A stretch of 58,262 bases of DNA from Chlamydiia bacterium (GTDB taxonomy: Bacteria; Chlamydiota; Chlamydiia; Chlamydiales; JBMOFD01): positions 1 through 58,262 of the forward strand of contig JBMOFD010000001.1 in NCBI GenBank assembly GCA_049314435.1, in the 5' to 3' direction. Shown in pieces: positions 46,806 through 56,400 of this stretch. Under the pieces are notes generated by a model. The model had not been told where the DNA came from, made no database searches, and worked only from the letters and a program-made list of their open reading frames with translations. The translations under genes and the position numbers were made by a program. The number at the start of each line of letters is the position of its first letter. Positions within the stretch are counted from its first letter, which is position 1.

Positions 46806-48335
46806 CTAATAGCTCTTAGCAAAGACCACGCGCTGAGCGCTGGGCTTTCCGGTGAAGATACACGTTCCCGACTCTTTTGACAGGTCCATTGGAATGCAGC
46901 GGATGGTGACGTTCAGATCATCCTTGACCTGGCGTTCGATCGCAGGGTCTCCACACCAGTGCGCCAAGGCAAATCCGCCATGGATCTCCGGCTTTTCACT
47001 GTTTTGCGGTGTGAAAAAGGCGTAGAACTCTTCCTTGCTATCGATAATCCGCATGTGCTCATTGCGGAAGGCGAGAGCCTTATCAAAGAGCCTCTGCTGC
47101 AGCTCTTCCAAGATCTTGGGCGCCGTTGTGATGAACTCCTGCCGCTCGATCTCCCGAGCCTGCTGCATCGCATCACGCACGCGTACCATCACCGTGCCCT
47201 TCTCCAGGTCGCGGATCCCGATCTCCACCTGGATCGGCATGCCATGTTTCACCCAGTCCCAGCGCTTCTCCCCACCACCCATGTCTCGCTTGTCGATCTC
47301 GACTACCAGATGTCCCTTGTGGTAGGGGCGCTCGCGCAGCTCCTTCGCTAACTGCTCAGCCGCTGCCATCACGCGTTCACTTGTCTCTTCGCGCAATACG
47401 GGGATGATCACGATGTGAGTCGGAGCGATCTTGGGCGGAAGCACACAGCCATCATCATCGGAGTGCACCATCACGAGGCAGCCGACGAGTCGCGTCGTTA
47501 CACCCCAACTCGTGGTCCATGCCAGGCAGTTGTCCCCGTTTTGGGCTCTGTAGGTGATGTCAAACGCTCGACTAAAGTTCTGTCCGAGGAAGTGGCTTGT
47601 ACCACCCTGGAGCGCCTTCTTGTCCTGCATCATCGCTTCGAACGTGTAGGTGTTCACTGCACCAGGGAACCTCTCCGACTCCGTCTTCTCTCCACGCACC
47701 ACGGGAATGGCTAGCACGTTCTGCACAAACTCCACGTAGGTGTTCAGCATCAGAAGTGTCTCTTCAACGGCTTCCTCACGGCTCGCGTGGGCCGTATGGC
47801 CCTCCTGCCAGAGGAACTCAGAGGTCCTCAGGAAGAGTCGCGTTCTCATCTCCCAGCGCACTACGTTCGCCCACTGGTTAATCAATAGTGGTAGATCTCG
47901 ATAGGACTGGATCCACTGCGCAAACATCGTCCCGATGATCGTCTCTGAGGTAGGACGTACAATCAGGGGTTCCTCAAGGGGACCTGCTGGAACGAGTTCG
48001 CCCTTGGCGTTGGATTCCAAGCGATGGTGCGTGACCACCGCGCACTCTTTCGCGAAGCCCTCAACATGCTGAGCCTCTTTTTGCAAAAAGGAGATCGGGA
48101 TGAAGAGAGGGAAGTAGGCGTTCTTGTGGCCCGTTGCCTTGATCCGCTGATCCAGCTCCGCCACCATGTTCTCCCAAATGGCGTAACCCCACGGCTTGAT
48201 CACCATGCAGCCGCGTACCGGGGAGGACTCGGCGAGGTCCGCCGCTTTGATGACCTGTTGGTACCACTCTGGGTAGTCTTCCTGACGCGTCGGAGAGATA
48301 GCAGTCCGCGCCTTCAACGCTTGTTTTGACATCAC
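46806..48335 (-). CDS. proS: proline--tRNA ligase (short, archaeal/eukaryote-like type)
   Basis: YPEWYQQVIKAADLAE..PVRGCMVIKPWGYAIWE, class II motifs (FRDE-equivalent VRWEMRTRLFLRTSEFLWQEGHTAH and GGTSHFLGQNF) and the C-terminal ...RVVFAKSY. Confidence 0.92.
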   Translation of the reverse strand: MMSKQALKARTAISPTRQEDYPEWYQQVIKAADLAESSPVRGCMVIKPWGYAIWENMVAELDQRIKATGHKNAYFPLFIPISFLQKEAQHVEGFAKECAVVTHHRLESNAKGELVPAGPLEEPLIVRPTSETIIGTMFAQWIQSYRDLPLLINQWANVVRWEMRTRLFLRTSEFLWQEGHTAHASREEAVEETLLMLNTYVEFVQNVLAIPVVRGEKTESERFPGAVNTYTFEAMMQDKKALQGGTSHFLGQNFSRAFDITYRAQNGDNCLAWTTSWGVTTRLVGCLVMVHSDDDGCVLPPKIAPTHIVIIPVLREETSERVMAAAEQLAKELRERPYHKGHLVVEIDKRDMGGGEKRWDWVKHGMPIQVEIGIRDLEKGTVMVRVRDAMQQAREIERQEFITTAPKILEELQQRLFDKALAFRNEHMRIIDSKEEFYAFFTPQNSEKPEIHGGFALAHWCGDPAIERQVKDDLNVTIRCIPMDLSKESGTCIFTGKPSAQRVVFAKSY

Positions 48336-48338
48336 ACT

Positions 48339-49088
48339 TTATTGGGTTACGGGCTGAATGGGTAAGGGATCTGGGCTAAGCGCCTCGCTAAGGGAGATCT
48401 GCAGAGCCTGACGTAATCGTTCTCGCAGCTCTGACAGAGCTGCGTGGTCCGCCTCACCGAGCAGAGAGCCTCCATGGGCTCGCATCTGCTCAACAAGGCG
48501 ATCATCTTTCGCACATCGGGTCAGGAGCTCTTCAGGTGCCGACCTCAGGGCGATCGAGATCTGATAGAGCAATCCCTTGCGCGTGATCCTCAGGGCCGGC
48601 CCCGCCACCTTACGTCCATCCCAGAGGAGGTCCCATCGGGTAGGCGCCGCCATACAAAAGCGAGCGAGTCTGGGATTAGGGGCCTCGACTGAGGCCGAGG
48701 CCAACTCGGCTCGATCGCTTCCTATGACTGCATTGAGGGCGCGAGCTACGGCACTGTTCAACCAGGTGTAGTTGGCATCGGGTTGCCGAGAGAAACGCGG
48801 ATGGTCAGCGGGCACCACAAGAGAGAAGCTAAAGTCTTCCACGTGGAACATCACGCCACCACCGGTAGGACGACGGGCCACATCGACACCCAGGGATCGA
48901 CATGCTTCTAGATCCAGCAGCTCTTGAGGCTGCACCAAAACACCATAGGTACAGGCCATGGAGCGCCAAGAAAAGAGATGCAGGATGGGCAGCTTGAGAT
49001 TAGGCAGGCTCGCCAGCAACCCTTCCGCAAGGGACATATTCTCGGCTGCAGCAGCAGCTCCTGTATCGACTACGCGCATCATAGACAC
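48339..49088 (-). CDS. lipoate-protein ligase / octanoyltransferase family protein (BPL_LplA_LipB)
   Basis: VDVARRPTGGGVMFHVEDFSFSLVVP and DGRKVAGPALRITRKG (catalytic lysine context). Confidence 0.8.
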   Translation of the reverse strand: MSMMRVVDTGAAAAAENMSLAEGLLASLPNLKLPILHLFSWRSMACTYGVLVQPQELLDLEACRSLGVDVARRPTGGGVMFHVEDFSFSLVVPADHPRFSRQPDANYTWLNSAVARALNAVIGSDRAELASASVEAPNPRLARFCMAAPTRWDLLWDGRKVAGPALRITRKGLLYQISIALRSAPEELLTRCAKDDRLVEQMRAHGGSLLGEADHAALSELRERLRQALQISLSEALSPDPLPIQPVTQ

Positions 49089-49176
49089 CGCAGCAAGGAT
49101 ACCATGGTCTCTGCCTTGGCGGCTATGCTTCCCTGAGGTGGAAAGAGAGAAAACCGATGAGATTTTCTTTCAAAAC

Positions 49177-50445
49177 CTACCAGGAGATCGCCTCGCAAAA
49201 GGTCTCGAAGGACTCTGGCGGGTCGGTCACCTGACCATCCGCCGGCTTCTCCTTCGGCTGGAAGATCTCCAGCATCTCCTTGATCTCCCTCAATCCTCTC
49301 AATAGCGCCTCCAAATGCTGCAGCCGCTCTTGCCGCGTCTCGTTGGCGAAATCGCGCATAGCCTGTAGGGCCCTTTCCCCCGCTTGGCACACCTCATCAC
49401 GCTGAGCCGTGGCAGTACGCAGCTGCTCCTGAACATAGACGTGCTCCAGCCCCATGATCTCGATCTCTCCTAGAACGTTCTGCAGCCGCACCTCGGCCGA
49501 GGCATACTCGCTCTGACAGTCCGCGAGCGCCATGGCCACGCAGTTTTTGATACCACTATGAATCTGTTCACGATGCTCGTCGCTCACTGGGGTGTCGAGA
49601 GATGTGTACCCCGAGAGCACATCAATGAGCTCCTTGAAGAGCTCTTTGAAGGGGTTCCTTTTCTGTGTCGTCTCTTCCTGTGCGGTCCGCTGTCTGAGCC
49701 CCTCAATGGAAGGCAGATCCTCCCAGTCCTCACTGCTTTCTGGTGATGATCGCGCTCCTCCTTCCTGGGTCCACGGCCGACTGACCTCTCTCATCTCCTC
49801 CATCGCGCCGTGATAGGCGCTCATCTGTGCATCGTAGTCGCGACCCAGTGCGGACATCTCACGATGTGTCATGCTTGTGACAGAAAGGCCCAGATCCTGC
49901 AGTGCATGGAGAGCGATATACTGTTGGTTCAGCTCAACCAATTGCTGACTTAGGCCCTCTCGTTCTTGCATCTTCTTAGCGACCTGACCATCCACCCGAC
50001 CCAGGTGTCCCATAATCCTACCCATAGCCGCCTCTATATCCCCAGGCTGCCTCACATGAACACGCTGCCTGGGCACCTCGGAAGAAGAAGCACCCACCTC
50101 TTGGCTCTCTTCCGACTGAGGCGGTCTGAGACCATATTTCTCCTCGATGCGTTGAAGCTCCTTGCCGAGAGATTTCCGTCCTCTTAAGAAGTCTTCGGCC
50201 CGGGCGCGCACACGATCTAAAGCCGCTTGATCTCCCACTCGCCATCCTAGCCGATAGAACTGATGGACCATCCACTGTGCGAACTGTTGGATGTGCTGCC
50301 AGCATCCGTGCGAGGCGGTGGGTCGAACCCAGAGCCGATCTCCGGACCAGACGGTGAGCAGCGGCTGGCGATCAGCTGCCTCCAACATGCGGTACCGTTC
50401 GATCGTCGCCACATTTTCGAAAAAAACTACTCCGTTCATGTCCAC
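49177..50445 (-). CDS. hypothetical coiled-coil protein (422 aa)
   Basis: Long ORF at the head of the lplA-proS operon direction. No signal peptide and no recognisable domain. Confidence 0.55.
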   Translation of the reverse strand: MDMNGVVFFENVATIERYRMLEAADRQPLLTVWSGDRLWVRPTASHGCWQHIQQFAQWMVHQFYRLGWRVGDQAALDRVRARAEDFLRGRKSLGKELQRIEEKYGLRPPQSEESQEVGASSSEVPRQRVHVRQPGDIEAAMGRIMGHLGRVDGQVAKKMQEREGLSQQLVELNQQYIALHALQDLGLSVTSMTHREMSALGRDYDAQMSAYHGAMEEMREVSRPWTQEGGARSSPESSEDWEDLPSIEGLRQRTAQEETTQKRNPFKELFKELIDVLSGYTSLDTPVSDEHREQIHSGIKNCVAMALADCQSEYASAEVRLQNVLGEIEIMGLEHVYVQEQLRTATAQRDEVCQAGERALQAMRDFANETRQERLQHLEALLRGLREIKEMLEIFQPKEKPADGQVTDPPESFETFCEAISW

Positions 50446-50567
50446 CCGGCCTGCTGGCTGGATAGGTTACGAAAGGTCGGCGATTTCTAGATATGGCTCT
50501 TGCGAGGTTAGGAGGAGGATTTGGGCTCGTGATGAAGGGCCTCTTGGTTATGGCGGACGGACAGGAA

Positions 50568-50597
50568 CTTGCACATAACTTATAAAAATTATAAGTT
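50568..50597 (+). promoter_or_regulatory. putative promoter and inverted-repeat operator of the abiE locus
   Basis: TTGCAC (50568..50573), 16 nt, TATAAG (50590..50595). This overlaps the inverted repeat AACTTATAA-AAA-TTATAAGTT (50577..50597), 6 nt upstream of the AbiEi ATG. Confidence 0.4.
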
Positions 50598-50603
50598 TGG
50601 TAC

Positions 50604-51200
50604 ATGAGCAACAGAGATCGTCTGTTTGATATAGCGGACCGCCAACAGGGCTACTTTACCAGGGAGCAGGCTATTGCCTGCGGCTACCGGGATCCCAATT
50701 TTGCGTACTATGTGTCGTCTGGAGAGTGGACTAAGGAATATCGCGGCATCTATCGTCTGACCCGCTATCCCATGACCCAGTCTCCCGATCTGGTCACCTG
50801 GAGCCTCTGGAGTCGAGGGCGCAGCGAGAGCACTCAGGGCGTGATATCTCACGACACGGCCCTCACCATCTATGGCCTATCAGACATCAATCCTGCCAAA
50901 ATACATATGACCGTTCCGACCAAATTCCGCAGGCGATCACCGATCCCAGAAATACTCGTTCTGCATCGAGCCGATCTGTCTCAAAAGGACTATCATGAGC
51001 AGCAGGGGTACTGGATGACGACGCCTCTAAGAACATTGCTGGATATTGCCGCAGAGGGACGTCTTGCCGAGGACCTCATAACCCAGGCGGTCCGGGAAGC
51101 CATATCACAAGGAATGGTGCTGCGAACGGCATTGGAGAATATTGACTCTACTGAGGCTAAGCGACTTATGAGATTACTAGATGGACCGAAAATTCGATAA
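50604..51200 (+). CDS. AbiEi-family type IV toxin-antitoxin antitoxin / transcriptional regulator
   Basis: LFDIADRQQGYFTREQAIACGY...SSGEW...RGIYRL and ISHDTALTIYGL are typical of AbiEi_4. Overlaps the next gene by 20 nt. Confidence 0.8.
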   Translation: MSNRDRLFDIADRQQGYFTREQAIACGYRDPNFAYYVSSGEWTKEYRGIYRLTRYPMTQSPDLVTWSLWSRGRSESTQGVISHDTALTIYGLSDINPAKIHMTVPTKFRRRSPIPEILVLHRADLSQKDYHEQQGYWMTTPLRTLLDIAAEGRLAEDLITQAVREAISQGMVLRTALENIDSTEAKRLMRLLDGPKIR

Positions 51201-52068
51201 CGCTAACGACTTTAGAAAAAGTCTGGAGATGCGGCTAAAAAACTATGCGCGAGCCTCCAACATCGATTTGATCCGTGTGCAGCGAGCGGTGGCCTTTGAA
51301 CGACTACTGGCTCGGCTCTTTGCTCTCGACGATCCAATGTTCCTTCTAAAAGGCGGCTACGCCATGGAGCTTCGAGTAGTACAACCAAGAGCCACGCGCG
51401 ATGTAGACCTGACCTGCTTAGCTAGAGCTCGATCCACCGGCGAATATCTAACCCAGACGATTCTATCGGAGCTCCGGCGTTTGGCCGATCTTCCGATGGA
51501 TGATCATTTTGTATTTCGTATCGGAGAGGCGAAGCACGATCTCGAGAACGCTCCCTATGGAGGAGCACGATATCCCGTCACCGCGATGTTAGCCGGACGC
51601 CCGTTCATCCAGTTTCAGTTGGATGTCGGTGCGGATTCAGTGGTTGCCACGCCTGAACGGCTGCCAGGAAAAGGCTGGTTGGGATTTTGAGGGCTTCCAA
51701 CACCAGTTTTTACGGGCATCTCCATTGAACAACAGTTCGCCGAGAAGATTCATGCCTATACCTTACCTCGTTCCTCAGGCCAAAACACCCGAGTAAAAGA
51801 CCTGGTCGACCTTGTTCTGCTGGTTCGCATCAAAACCCTCAGTCCAGAAGAGCTCCACCGAACTCTACTGGCGGTGTTTTCACTGCGACGTACGCACTCA
51901 ATACCAACTGAATTGGCTCCGCCTCCAGATAGTTGGAACACTCCGTTTGCAGACCTCGCCGCTGAGTGCGGCCTGTCTATGACCGTAGACGAGGCCTTTT
52001 CTGAGATCGCCGAGGTGCACAGGATCGTTGTCCTTGCGGGACAAGAGGCAGAACCTGTCCTACGATAG
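51181..52068 (+). pseudogene. AbiEii/AbiGii nucleotidyltransferase toxin interrupted by one in-frame TGA
   Basis: N-terminal FLLKGGYAMELR...RATRDVDL. TGA at 51688..51690. The same frame stays open to 52068 and encodes the expected C-terminus (IEQQFAEKIHAY...TRVKDLVDLVLL). I translated 51691..52068 by eye and found no further stops. Confidence 0.75.
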
Positions 52069-52146
52069 GCTGCAAAGAAGGCTCTGAAGGAAATGGCAGC
52101 CAATGGCATCAGAAAAATACCACGGTGTTTGAAATGTTGCTGTACG

Positions 52147-52527
52147 AAAGGCCGGGAGGATATTAAGCCGGATTCTGTCCGCGCCCATTACAGGCACGTG
52201 GCCATCATTCCTCTTGGGAGAGTGTCGCCACTCTCCTCCAGCGATGTTCGGGGCGAATGCGGAAGCACATTGACCGCCCGTACTCTTGCTTCGGATAGGG
52301 TTTGCCGCAGACCCTCTCTCAAGGATCCGGCCTCCTCCTAAAGGAGGCGTTTCAGCCTGTCTGCTTCTTGCGAAGCAGCGGACTACTTGCTGTTGCACTT
52401 TCCGTAGCCTTCAAGCGCTGCAAGCAGCGCCCTCGGCCCCCAGTCTTTCACTGGTATCCCTTCCTGCGAAGTCCAGACTTTCCTCTGCAACCTGACGGTC
52501 ACAGCGATCGCCTCTCCTCCCGGCTTC
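52147..52527 (-). ncRNA. rnpB: RNase P RNA, bacterial type A
   Basis: Minus strand reads GAAGCCGGGAGGA...GAGGAAAGTCTGGAC...AGGGATACCAGTGAAAGACTGGGG...GGAAAGTGCAACAG...GGCAAACCC...ACAGAATCCGGCTTA...TCCTCCCGGCCTT. This matches the conserved CR-I, CR-IV and CR-V blocks of E. coli M1 RNA, with a P1 stem closing the 5' and 3' ends. End coordinates are good to within a few nt. Confidence 0.88.
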
Positions 52528-52545
52528 TCGTACAGCAAACGAAAC

Positions 52546-53316
52546 TTATGAGCTTGCCGCGGTCGTACGGCGACGGCGTTTCTTCGCTGTAGCCCCAGCA
52601 TCTTCAACCGCTGGCTCTTCCCAGAAGAGAATGCGGCTGCAATGTTCACAGAAGACCAGACGATCTCCCTTGCGGACCAAGTTCTCATGCTGAGGCGTCA
52701 GCACAATATGGCATCCAGCACAGGAGCGATTCTCAATGGGAACGACCACCCGATCGCGCTTATTATGAAGTAATTTTTCATAGATCCCCAGGAGATCACG
52801 CGGAGCATCCTTCACAAGAGCCTCGCGCTGACCAAGGAGCTCTCGTCCCTCCTGATTGAGTCGACGCACGCTCTCTTCGATCTCAGCTTCTAATACTTCG
52901 CTGTTCTCTGCCGAGGCTTGCATGCTCTTCTTGATCTTCTCGAGGATCTCTTCCTCAACAGTGATACGGTCAAGCAGTTCACTCAGTGCTGTTTCCTGAG
53001 ACTGGCGGTCGCGTTCTGCTCCGTTGATCTCCGAAGTGATAGCACTGAACTCTTCGGCCTTTTTCAGAGAGAGCTGCTGGCTCTCCAGACGCTTAATCTT
53101 GGCCGCGACCTCTTGGATGCGAGCCTCTCCCTGATTCCCCTGCCTCTTGAGGTCCGAGATCTCTAGCTCTTTTGCCGCTAGCTGATGACGAAGCTCCTCA
53201 CGAAGACCGCGAATGCTCTCGACCTCTTGCTGACGATCGCGCTTAAGCCTCATCAGGCGGATCATCTTCATATCTAGATCTTGGATCTCGAGAATCGCCT
53301 TGAGAATGTCCAACAT
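52546..53316 (-). CDS. COG1579 zinc-ribbon / coiled-coil protein (Chlamydia CT398-type)
   Basis: Coiled-coil body, then the C4 zinc ribbon CAGCHIVLTPQ...VFCEHCSRILF and a basic tail KKRRRR. I prefer the start at ATG 53316 (MLDILKAILEIQDLD). Confidence 0.8.
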   Translation of the reverse strand: MLDILKAILEIQDLDMKMIRLMRLKRDRQQEVESIRGLREELRHQLAAKELEISDLKRQGNQGEARIQEVAAKIKRLESQQLSLKKAEEFSAITSEINGAERDRQSQETALSELLDRITVEEEILEKIKKSMQASAENSEVLEAEIEESVRRLNQEGRELLGQREALVKDAPRDLLGIYEKLLHNKRDRVVVPIENRSCAGCHIVLTPQHENLVRKGDRLVFCEHCSRILFWEEPAVEDAGATAKKRRRRTTAASS

Positions 53317-53481
53317 GCCGTACCCCGGGGAAGACGAATGCTCAAAGCATACGTCGTTACGAGAAAAAATCAAGCCATTTTGGACCGGAAGGGGTTAACA
53401 CTCAAGGCCGAAAATCGAGTTCTTTCTCGAAGAGATCCTCTGGTCTCCCTTTAGAAGGTGACCCAACCAAGATCGAGCAGG

Positions 53482-56400
53482 CTATTCTTTTGAGCTGGCC
53501 GCTGCGGCTTCTGACGATCGAGCCACTTGGTCGCACAAGACGCCAACTGTATGGCCCAGAACATCAACCCATTTTTTCACAAAGTGTGCTTGATAGTGGT
53601 TCCATACCGATTGAATTCTCGATCGCACCTCCTCAAGGGTGGAGTCTTGTGACAGTTCATATTCCTGAAAGAGACGAGACCGGATGATCGAGGGTTGATC
53701 CGGCGTGGAAATCTGCGGATCCATATTCAGAACTTCAGAGAGACTCAGCGCCGTCCGCCAGCCACGCTGCAGTTCCTTCACAAGGCTCTGTTCAAGAGTG
53801 GCCATGGGCATGGTCAGGTATCGAGACACCTGCTTGATGATGGCCTGAGCGGCCTGCAAGGCCTTTAGATGTTCACCGTATCCATTCCGAAGGCCCAGCT
53901 GTACCAGTCGGTGTCCCACTGTACATGAGGCTTCATCCCAGTTGAGCTCCTCTCCCCTTCGACTGGCGGATCGCATGTGAATGAGCAGGAGGAGCTGCTC
54001 GATCATGATCGACAGCTCCTCGAGCAACTCCGTAGCAAGAAGGGGTTTCAGGCCCAAGAGCTCAGACCGATCTTGATTCCACAAGGCTGCCCACGTCTCA
54101 TATCTTTGATGTGCTGACTGAAGTCGTCGGCCGCACTCGGCCCTCCTATCATTTCCCTTTGAGGGCGAAGCCGTCTCGCTCTCTATATCAGGGAGAGGCC
54201 AGTTCGGTAGGGCGAATGATGTAACCACAGACTCCCTTCTTGGGAGAGCCAACTCCAGATGTCCCTGTTGGGCGACCACGCAGTAGGCGCGCAGACCATG
54301 TGGATGGTCCCGCGACTCTGCGCAGTATTCCATCCACAGGCTCTCTGCAGCCTGCATGACATCCATGGATAATTTATGGGCCCGATCGACGTCTCCATTA
54401 AGCCGCTCATAGCGGCCCTCTCCAACCGCCCTACGTAAGGAATCATGGCCCGAGCAGAGGCTTCTGATCTTAGGGCCTGCCTGTCCAAGCGTCGTCTCCG
54501 ATAGCAGCGGTTTTGCCGTATCGAATCGCTCGAGAAGGTCGTGCCCACTGTTTTCCTCTCTTACACGGGCAGAGGGTCCAGTCAGAATATTCTCAAGAAT
54601 AAGAGCCGAAACCATGCGCAGACGACGAACAATGAAGGGAGCTGCAAGCTTTCGGTCCGATGAGGACTTCCATGTCTGGTGGAGGCTCTGACAGACCGAC
54701 AGCCTCCTGAGGCCATACCAGAGCTCCATCGCCTGCCTTGCCACACCTCCGCTAGGCCTCTTGCCTATTGTGGTGCTGATCAACTCTCCTAGCATTAGAT
54801 CGCTCAGCGAGAGATCATGGGCAAGAGGCGAACCCAGCCTGGAGGCATCAACAACTAGTTTTTGAGACGCCTCGACCTGTTTAGGCTCTTTTTCCTCTAG
54901 AACCTCATCCATATGGGAGGATGTCGATCCAGACGTCCGCGTACGCGATCCAGAGGCTTTGCGCTTTGACTGAGTAGCCACCGGTGAAGTCTGCTTGTCA
55001 AGCCAACCCCGGGACACATCGGCCTCCCGACTGCCCTGCAACCACTCCAAAGCAACAGGAGCAGTCATACGTATCATGAGGATGGCCAGCTGACCCGCCC
55101 TGACCTGATGGTGGGCAACCGAATAGCTCTCAACCTGCGCTAAGGCCGGCAATCGACAGTTCACGAATTGTCGCAGTCCTGCCTCCACTTCCGGGGACAT
55201 GCACAATTTCGGAGCGCCCTTCAACATCACATCCAGCCATTGGCTCTTCGCTTCCAGTAGGATGTCGAGGATCGAGGCCCAGGCTTCTCTAAACGAGGCG
55301 TCCACCTCCTCAGCCCCCCAGGCCTCAGAGACTCGCAGCGCGATGTCAACCCATTCGCCCAATTGACATAGAGTGCCTGAACAGGAGCGGTCTCCTCGAT
55401 AGATAGCCCCACCAGCCCTGTAGGGAAGAGGCTCATCCAAAAGCTCGCAGAAGGTAGCCATCCACTCAAACAGGTCTGCCTTACGCACATGTTCTAATTT
55501 TTCCATGAGCCTCATCATGACATGCGTCCGATCACGCATCAGCATCATGAATAGATGCATGGAGGCCCCAAAGTCGACACCCCGTTTAGACATGGAGGGA
55601 GAGGAGGGCGACGCCCCCTTAAGATGAGCCGGGCTTCCTGTCGAACGCCGGGAGCGAGGGGAATCCGCCGGGGAGCGAGGACTGGCCGGAGATCGGCGTC
55701 CTCGAGATACCGCCTCGAGTGGGAGTTGACCTAATCCATGGGTCTCCCGAGGCATGTTTTCCTCCATCTCACCCCAGAGCCGCGACCATGTTCGGTAGAG
55801 CGCCAACAGGGGCTCCCTCGAATCCAGATCACAGTTGGCGATCTGCTCCTCAAGCTGGATGTGCCATCGAGTCCATGCGATGGCAAATTGAAGCAGGCGT
55901 GCCGACTGCTCCTGCTCCTCGGCGGCAAGGTGCACCTCGGCCTCGCCGAGACGGCTTACAATACCGGCTAGAGGCAAGTCCATGACCGAGGCATCGTCTA
56001 TCTTCCACCAACTTGCAATGGAGACGGGATCGCCATCGACCACCTCATGCATCAATCTAGGTCTGGCAATCTGCTCGAGGGCGGTCTGCACCGGCTCCAG
56101 GACGGAATAGGACTCCAGATAGTCCATTGTAGCCTGGATGCCCTCCTCCAAATAGAGGAGGGCATGTTGCACAGGGATCAGCATTCCCCCCAGATAGGCA
56201 ATTTGCTGATAGGCCGCAGCCGCGGCTGGAGACAAGGATGCGATATCTAGTGCGTGGATAGATTGCTGCTTAGAAAATGCCCTAAAAGCCTCGAGTTGAT
56301 CCCTCAACACATAGAGCTCTCCTAAAATACCCCTTGATATCCTCACAAGGCGCTCTTGGCCGGCAAGGGACGTCTCATCGCTGTTCACAAGAAAATAGAA

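Noticed and set aside
52060-52688. ORFs 52060..52398(-), 52093..52341(+), 52286..52495(+), 52302..52592(+) and 52383..52688(-)
   Set aside because: They overlap each other on both strands and coincide with the RNase P RNA gene. None has a protein motif.
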